Shown here piece after piece: positions 27,870 through 33,204 of a DNA stretch of 33,204 nucleotides. Under the pieces are notes generated by a model. The model saw only the letters and a program-made list of their open reading frames with translations, had not been told where the DNA came from and did no database searches. This DNA comes from Burkholderiales bacterium (GTDB lineage Bacteria; Pseudomonadota; Gammaproteobacteria; Burkholderiales; JAEUOS01): positions 1-33,204 of the forward strand of contig CANGUJ010000003.1 of the NCBI GenBank assembly GCA_947456845.1, written 5' to 3'. Made by a program: the position numbers and the translations under genes. Every line of letters starts with the position of its first letter. Within the stretch, counting starts at the first letter, position 1.

Positions 27870-28082
27870 ATGCCCAGTGTCCGCGTCAAGGAAAACGAGC
27901 CTTTCGAGGCGGCGATGCGCCGGTTCAAGCGCACCATCGAAAAGACCGGCCTCTTGACCGAGCTGCGTGCTCGCGAGTTCTACGAGAAACCCACTTCCGA
28001 GCGCAAGCGCAAGCACGCAGCGGCGGTGAAGCGCACCTACAAGCGCCTCAAGAGCCAGCAATTGCCGCCAAAGCTGTACTGA
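27870..28082 (+). CDS. rpsU: 30S ribosomal protein S21
   Basis: [29 protein letters not shown]. Confidence 0.97.
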   Translation: MPSVRVKENEPFEAAMRRFKRTIEKTGLLTELRAREFYEKPTSERKRKHAAAVKRTYKRLKSQQLPPKLY

Positions 28083-28102
28083 TTCGTTCTCCGGCAGTCC
28101 AT

Positions 28103-28142
28103 AAGCCGCGGGCGTGTCTTTCCCCGCGGCTTTTGTCGTTTT
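28103..28142 (+). terminator. Rho-independent terminator after rpsU
   Basis: AAGCCGCGGG/CCCGCGGCTT stem followed by TTGTCGTTTT. Confidence 0.75.
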
Positions 28143-28189
28143 GAGCGCTGACCGTGCGCGTTGACAGGGTGTCCCGGAAAGGAAAGCAA

Positions 28190-28636
28190 ATGTCGCTCAA
28201 GCAGCAAATCACCGAAGACATGAAGACGGCCATGCGGGCAAAGGACAGCAAAAAGCTGTCGGCGGTGCGCATGCTTCTGGCTGCATTGAAGCAGGTTGAA
28301 GTTGATAGGCGTATCGAGTTGACCGATGCTGATGTCATATCGATCGTGGAAAAGGAACTCAAGAAGCGCCGCGATTCGATCCAGCAATATCGCGCTGCCA
28401 AGCGCGATGACCTCGCGGACGGCGAGGAATTCGAAGCGTCCGTGCTATCGGCTTATTTGCCGCAGCAGGCCGACGCCGACGAAATCGCCGAGGTGATCGC
28501 CGCGGCAGTCGCGGGGTGCGAGGCGAGCGGCCCCGCCGCTATGGGCAAGGTGATGGCGGCTGTGAAGGCGAAGCTCGCCGGACGGGCCGACATGACCCAG
28601 GTATCGGCTGCAGTCAAGGCACGCTTGGCTGCCTGA
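28190..28636 (+). CDS. GatB/YqeY domain protein
   Basis: MSLKQQITEDMKTAMRAKD, KKRRDSI, YLPQ and MGKVM..LAGRADM; GGAAAG RBS. Confidence 0.92.
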   Translation: MSLKQQITEDMKTAMRAKDSKKLSAVRMLLAALKQVEVDRRIELTDADVISIVEKELKKRRDSIQQYRAAKRDDLADGEEFEASVLSAYLPQQADADEIAEVIAAAVAGCEASGPAAMGKVMAAVKAKLAGRADMTQVSAAVKARLAA

Positions 28637-28654
28637 CATTCTGCGCCGGCCGGG

Positions 28655-29122
28655 CTACTGCGGCGGGCCGGCTTTTTCCAGGCCCGTGATTTTTGCTCCA
28701 GGCTTGATGTTTTTCGACTTGAACCATCCCAGGTTCATCTCCAGAGCGTAGCGGACCGGCTTGACGCTGCAGTGGCTGTTCTCGGTCTGTGGCTGCATGT
28801 CTTCTACATTGAGAATGACGCCGTTGTCGTCTATGAACGCAACCGAAAGCGGCAACAGCGTGTTTTTCATCCACATGCATTGTTTGTCTCGGTCCGGGAA
28901 CACGAACAGCATGCCTTCGTTGGGGCCCATCTTTTCGCGCTGCATCAACCCCTGCATCCTTGTCCCATAGTTCGCCGCGACCTCCGCCTTGATGAGATAC
29001 AGCCCGGCCTGTAGCTGGACAGTAGGCAACGGCGGTTGCCCCTGTGCGGCGGAACCGGCCGCCGCCAGCATGGCAGCGAGGGCGAAAAGACATTGACGCA
29101 CGGCAGAACGACAGTAGCGCAT
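28655..29122 (-). CDS. DUF192 domain exported protein
   Basis: Signal peptide; AEVA..GLM.R..GMLFVF..MWMKNTLLPLSVAFI and YALEMNLGWF. Confidence 0.88.
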   Translation of the reverse strand: MRYCRSAVRQCLFALAAMLAAAGSAAQGQPPLPTVQLQAGLYLIKAEVAANYGTRMQGLMQREKMGPNEGMLFVFPDRDKQCMWMKNTLLPLSVAFIDDNGVILNVEDMQPQTENSHCSVKPVRYALEMNLGWFKSKNIKPGAKITGLEKAGPPQ

Positions 29123-29178
29123 GGCGGACCGTTCAGGAGGAGGCAGCAGCGATTCTAGCCTTGCGAGCGGCGGCGGCG

Positions 29179-29205
29179 AAAAAAAACCGGGCGAAGCGCC
29201 CGGTT
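29179..29205 (-). terminator. Rho-independent terminator of the small Lys-rich gene
   Basis: Minus strand CCGGGCG-ctt-CGCCCGG followed by 8 T. Confidence 0.85.
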
Positions 29206-29225
29206 CCTGTACGGGGCTGCCTTGA

Positions 29226-29432
29226 TCACTTCTTGTCTTCAGCCTTGGCCTTCTTGGCCTTCTTGGCCTTCTTTTCCTTCTTCTCCTTCTTCTCCTTTTT
29301 CACACTGTCTTTCTTGGCTTCCGCCTTCGGCGCGTCAGCCTTGGGGGCGTCGGCCTTCTTGTCTTGTGCAAAGCCGGAAGTTGAGGCGATGGCGAACATG
29401 CCGGCGATCAGAACGGACAGGAGCTTGCTCAT
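29226..29432 (-). CDS. Small secreted low-complexity Lys/Ala/Glu-rich protein (68 aa)
   Basis: AAGGAAAG RBS, signal peptide ending in GFA, KADAP x2, KKE x3 and KKA x3 repeats, own terminator. Confidence 0.8.
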   Translation of the reverse strand: MSKLLSVLIAGMFAIASTSGFAQDKKADAPKADAPKAEAKKDSVKKEKKEKKEKKAKKAKKAKAEDKK

Positions 29433-29618
29433 GATGCTTTCCTTTTCGAAGGGTTTGGGGCGACGAGTGTGCGACCTCCTCGGTCTTTGAGTGTAACGCG
29501 GTCTTTACCGGGGGGTTGACAAGCCCGTCACATTATTATCCGTTCAGCGTCGGCCGTGGTAGGTGTAGCCCGCGCACGAGCGGGCGCGGCCCTGCCGGCT
29601 GGCGGGCCCCGCATGCCG

Positions 29619-30218
29619 TCATCGCATTCGCGGCCGTGTCGATTGGCTACGGCGAGGCGCACTCGGCATCAGGCCAGCGTCGACTGCGCGCCACTGACCA
29701 GGTGCTATGCCGTCGAGGCAGTAAGGACCTATCGCCATGCGCACCAGGCGCAAGGTAGGCAAGCCGACCATGGCGGTCATGCGGCGGACCTGGCGGTTTT
29801 TTCCCTCCACCAGCGTGATTTCCAGCCAGGCGGTCGGAATCGATTTGCGAAAGCGAATTGGCGGAACGCGCGGCCACAGGTCTTGGGGTTCCTCGATCTG
29901 CCGCACCCCGCACGGCCGGGTCACGAAGTCTCCCAGGTCAAGCCCACGGCGCATGGTGGCCAAGGCATCTTCGCCGGGTACGCCCTCCACCTGGGCGCGA
30001 TAGATCTTGGCTAGTTTCGAGGCTGGATTCGCGATGGCGTGCTGAAGGGCGCCATGTGCGGTCAGCAGAAGTAAGCCCTCGCTATCAGTATCCAGCCTGC
30101 CAGCAGCATAAATCCCGGGGATTCTAATGAAATCGGCGAGCGTGGGATGGCGTTCGTGCGGGGAGAACTGGCTGACGACGCCAAACGGTTTGTTGAAAGC
30201 GACTAGCCCGTACGTCAA
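29619..30218 (-). CDS. rluE: 23S rRNA pseudouridine synthase, RluE-like
   Basis: FNKPFGVVSQFS, GRLDTDSEGLLLLT, PPIRFRKSIPT and EGKNRQVRRMTA; no S4 domain; TTG start. Confidence 0.88.
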   Translation of the reverse strand: MTYGLVAFNKPFGVVSQFSPHERHPTLADFIRIPGIYAAGRLDTDSEGLLLLTAHGALQHAIANPASKLAKIYRAQVEGVPGEDALATMRRGLDLGDFVTRPCGVRQIEEPQDLWPRVPPIRFRKSIPTAWLEITLVEGKNRQVRRMTAMVGLPTLRLVRMAIGPYCLDGIAPGQWRAVDAGLMPSAPRRSQSTRPRMR

Positions 30219-30313
30219 GGGATCACCAACCCACAGAAGGGGCGCCGCGACGGTTCAGACGATAAGGTGGGTTGCGCCCGGGGCCCAGGCGCAACCCCGG
30301 CAGGCGAGCGTAA

Positions 30314-30517
30314 TCAACCGGCCTGGATGTTGGAGGCTTGCTTGCCTTTTTGGCCTTGGGTGACCTCGAACTGCACTTTTTGACCTTCCTTGAGGGTCTT
30401 GAAACCCTGCATATTGATGGCCGAGAAGTGCGCGAACAAGTCTTCGCCGCCATCGTCCGGGGTGATGAATCCGTAACCTTTGGCGTCGTTGAACCACTTA
30501 ACAGTACCAGTTGCCAT
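30314..30517 (-). CDS. cspD: Cold-shock domain protein (CspA family; occupies the cspD position opposite clpS-clpA)
   Basis: [14 protein letters not shown] (RNP1) and LFAHFSAI (RNP2); the symbol is assigned from synteny only. Confidence 0.85.
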   Translation of the reverse strand: MATGTVKWFNDAKGYGFITPDDGGEDLFAHFSAINMQGFKTLKEGQKVQFEVTQGQKGKQASNIQAG

Positions 30518-30690
30518 AAGAAAACCTCTCGAAGCGAGCGCGCATTGCGCTCATGGGGTTGAACAGGGCCACACAACGCCCGACATCGTTTGCGTTACAA
30601 GGCCGTCCTTCCCCGCTTCTCTGGCGCATCTTTAAGGCCACAACCCGGTATTTCCGGGCGCTACGGCACTGCTTGAACGAAACATTCCGG

Positions 30691-30719
30691 GTTGTACGGC
30701 TTCCAAATCCGCTAGTCAA
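30691..30719 (-). promoter_or_regulatory. Sigma70 promoter of the cold-shock gene
   Basis: Minus strand TTGACT-17 bp-TACAAC. Confidence 0.65.
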
Positions 30720-30857
30720 GTGATTTCCCTGGCCCCGCGCGTGGTTTGGACCGGATGTTGTATTTTTCACCCACCCGGCTTGGAAACCCTGCAAGAGGGC
30801 CCCATTTCCGTCTCAGAATCAAGTTGCGGAACGGAATCGAATGGATACAATTTCAAG

Positions 30858-31178
30858 ATGGGAAACAACAAGTTCGATTCCGACGGCGGAACCATCCTCG
30901 AGCAGCAGAAGCAGCAGGTCAAGCCGCCGCCGATGTTCAAGGTTCTGCTGTTGAACGACGACTACACCCCGATGGAGTTCGTCGTCGGCACCATCCAGCA
31001 GTTCTTCAACAAGAGCCGCGAGCAGGCCACGCACATCATGCTCAAAGTCCACCGGGAGGGCATGGGGGTATGCGGTATCTATCCCAAGGATGTCGCCGGC
31101 ACCAAGGTCGAACTGGTTACACAGCACGCGCGTGCCCACCAGCATCCGCTCCAGTGCACCATGGAAGAGAACGACTGA
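30858..31178 (+). CDS. clpS: ATP-dependent Clp protease adaptor ClpS
   Basis: [36 protein letters not shown]. Confidence 0.96.
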   Translation: MGNNKFDSDGGTILEQQKQQVKPPPMFKVLLLNDDYTPMEFVVGTIQQFFNKSREQATHIMLKVHREGMGVCGIYPKDVAGTKVELVTQHARAHQHPLQCTMEEND

Positions 31179-31279
31179 AATCGTCGATCTGACAAAGCGC
31201 CACAAAATTTTTGGCTGGATCAAAAAGATTTTGGTGTAGAGTTTGTGAAAGCCGGGGGCTCCGGCGGTTGAGGCTAAAA

Positions 31280-33204
31280 ATGATTGCGCAAGAGTTGGAA
31301 GTCAGCCTGCACATGGCGTTTGTCGAAGCAAGGCAGAAGCGCCATGAATTCATCACTGTCGAGCACCTCCTGCTTGCGCTCCTCGACAATCCCACCGCAG
31401 CGGAGGTGCTCCGGGCGGTCGGTGCGAACATAGACGATCTGCGCAAGAACCTCATCCAGTTCATCGGCGAGCACACGCCGACCGTGGCCGGTAGCGAGGA
31501 TGTCGATACCCAACCCACGCTCGGGTTCCAGCGCGTGATCCAGCGCGCGATCATGCATGTACAGTCCTCATCGAACGGGAAGAAAGAGGTGACCGGCGCC
31601 AATGTGCTGGTTGCAATCTTCGGCGAAAAGGACTCTCACGCGGTGTACTACCTGCACCAGCAGGGGATCACTCGTCTGGACGTGGTGAACTACATCTCCC
31701 ATGGCATTACCAAGCAGCCGCCGGAAAAGGAGAAGGCTGGCGCCGACAAGGCCGAGAACCAGGAGGCCGAGCAGGAAGGCGAAGGCAAGCAAAGCCCGCT
31801 CGAGCAGTACACGCAAAACCTCAACAAGGCAGCCGCGGAAGGCAAGATCGACCCCCTGATCGGCCGCGAGCTCGAGCTCGAGCGTGTGATCCAGACCCTG
31901 TGCCGGCGCCGCAAGAACAACCCCCTCCTGGTCGGCGAGGCGGGCGTCGGCAAGACCGCGATCGCAGAAGGGCTTGCCAAGCGAATCGTCGAGGGCGAGG
32001 TTCCTGAGATCCTCAAGGACGCGATTGTCTATTCGCTCGACATGGGCGCGCTCCTGGCCGGAACCAAGTACCGCGGCGATTTTGAGCAACGCCTCAAGGG
32101 TGTCCTCAAGAAGCTCACGAACAATCCCAAGGCGGTCCTGTTCATCGATGAAATCCATACGCTGATCGGCGCCGGTGCGGCATCCGGCGGCACGCTGGAT
32201 GCCTCCAATCTGCTCAAGCCGGCGCTGTCGAGCGGGCAGCTCAAGTGCATCGGCGCGACCACGTATACCGAGTTCCGCGGCGTATTCGAGAAGGACCATG
32301 CACTTTCGCGGCGCTTCCAGAAGATTGACGTCAATGAGCCGTCGGTCGATGAAACCGTACAGATCCTGCGCGGCCTGAAGTCGCGTTTCGAGGAACATCA
32401 CGGCATCAAGTACTCCGCCTCCGCCATCACGACAGCGGCGGAACTGGCGGCACGCTACATCAACGACCGGCAGTTGCCCGACAAGGCGATTGACGTGATC
32501 GACGAGGCCGGTGCCGCCCAGCGCATCCTGCCTAAGTCCAAGCAGAAGAAGGTGATCGGCAAGACCGACATCGAGGAAATCATCGCGAAGATCGCGCGCA
32601 TCCCGCCGCACAACGTCTCGACCGACGACCGGAGCAAGCTGGCCAACCTGGACCGCGATCTGAAAAACGTGGTGTTCGGCCAGGACCCGGCCATCGAAGC
32701 CCTTGCTGCGTCTATCAAGATGGCGCGTTCGGGCCTGGGCAATCCGCAAAAGCCGATCGGTTCGTTCCTGTTTTCCGGCCCGACCGGTGTCGGCAAGACC
32801 GAAGCGGCCCGCCAACTTGCCTACACGATGGGCATCGAGCTGATTCGCTTCGACATGTCCGAATATATGGAGCGTCACGCCGTGAGCCGCCTGATCGGCG
32901 CGCCGCCGGGCTATGTCGGCTTCGACCAGGGCGGGCTGCTTACCGAAGCCATCACCAAGAAGCCGCATGCCGTGTTGCTGCTTGACGAGATCGAAAAGGC
33001 GCACCCGGACATCTTCAACATCCTCCTGCAGGTGATGGACCACGGGACGTTGACCGACAACAACGGCCGCAAGGCGGACTTCCGCAACGTGATCATCATC
33101 ATGACCACAAACGCCGGCGCCGAATCGCTGCAGAAGTCGACCATCGGTTTCACCAACTCCAAGCAGGCGGGCGACGAGATGGCCGACATCAAGCGCCTGT
33201 TCAC
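31280..33204 (+). CDS. clpA: ATP-dependent Clp protease ATP-binding subunit ClpA (3' end truncated)
   Basis: Not in the ORF track. [35 protein letters not shown]; Walker A motifs GEAGVGKT and GPTGVGKT; RFDMSEYME. Confidence 0.96.
   Translation, partial: MIAQELEVSLHMAFVEARQKRHEFITVEHLLLALLDNPTAAEVLRAVGANIDDLRKNLIQFIGEHTPTVAGSEDVDTQPTLGFQRVIQRAIMHVQSSSNGKKEVTGANVLVAIFGEKDSHAVYYLHQQGITRLDVVNYISHGITKQPPEKEKAGADKAENQEAEQEGEGKQSPLEQYTQNLNKAAAEGKIDPLIGRELELERVIQTLCRRRKNNPLLVGEAGVGKTAIAEGLAKRIVEGEVPEILKDAIVYSLDMGALLAGTKYRGDFEQRLKGVLKKLTNNPKAVLFIDEIHTLIGAGAASGGTLDASNLLKPALSSGQLKCIGATTYTEFRGVFEKDHALSRRFQKIDVNEPSVDETVQILRGLKSRFEEHHGIKYSASAITTAAELAARYINDRQLPDKAIDVIDEAGAAQRILPKSKQKKVIGKTDIEEIIAKIARIPPHNVSTDDRSKLANLDRDLKNVVFGQDPAIEALAASIKMARSGLGNPQKPIGSFLFSGPTGVGKTEAARQLAYTMGIELIRFDMSEYMERHAVSRLIGAPPGYVGFDQGGLLTEAITKKPHAVLLLDEIEKAHPDIFNILLQVMDHGTLTDNNGRKADFRNVIIIMTTNAGAESLQKSTIGFTNSKQAGDEMADIKRLF

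Noticed and set aside
31568-33043. 491 aa minus-strand ORF
   Set aside because: Antisense shadow of clpA.

Overview
High-GC betaproteobacterial (Burkholderiales/Rhodocyclales-like) chromosomal window made up mostly of core and housekeeping genes; no mobile element, tRNA, rRNA or CRISPR array is visible. From left to right: a LexA-box-controlled imuA-imuB mutasome cassette (imuB runs off the left edge) headed by an unexplained small membrane-protein ORF; an orphan PrsT-type TPR lipoprotein; an alpha/beta hydrolase and a GST; a MoxR AAA+/GNAT/VWA operon divergent from two monoheme cytochromes c; a soluble Hanks-type Ser/Thr kinase and PP2C phosphatase divergent from yicC-gmk-rpoZ-spoT; qor; a chalcone-isomerase-like gene followed by ogt-xerD-ybaK; a yeaG(prkA)-yeaH-spoVR operon; folB/plsY, tsaD, rpsU-yqeY, DUF192, a small secreted Lys-rich protein, rluE, a cold-shock gene, and clpS-clpA (clpA runs off the right edge). 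The most unusual signals are non-coding or small. One is the ~300 nt yeaG leader, with a sigma54-like promoter, a palindrome cluster, a hairpin and an 84 nt A-free tract carrying a 13 bp tandem repeat. The other is the SOS-box-proximal 65 aa ORF ahead of imuA. All product calls come from motif recognition by eye, not from database searches.
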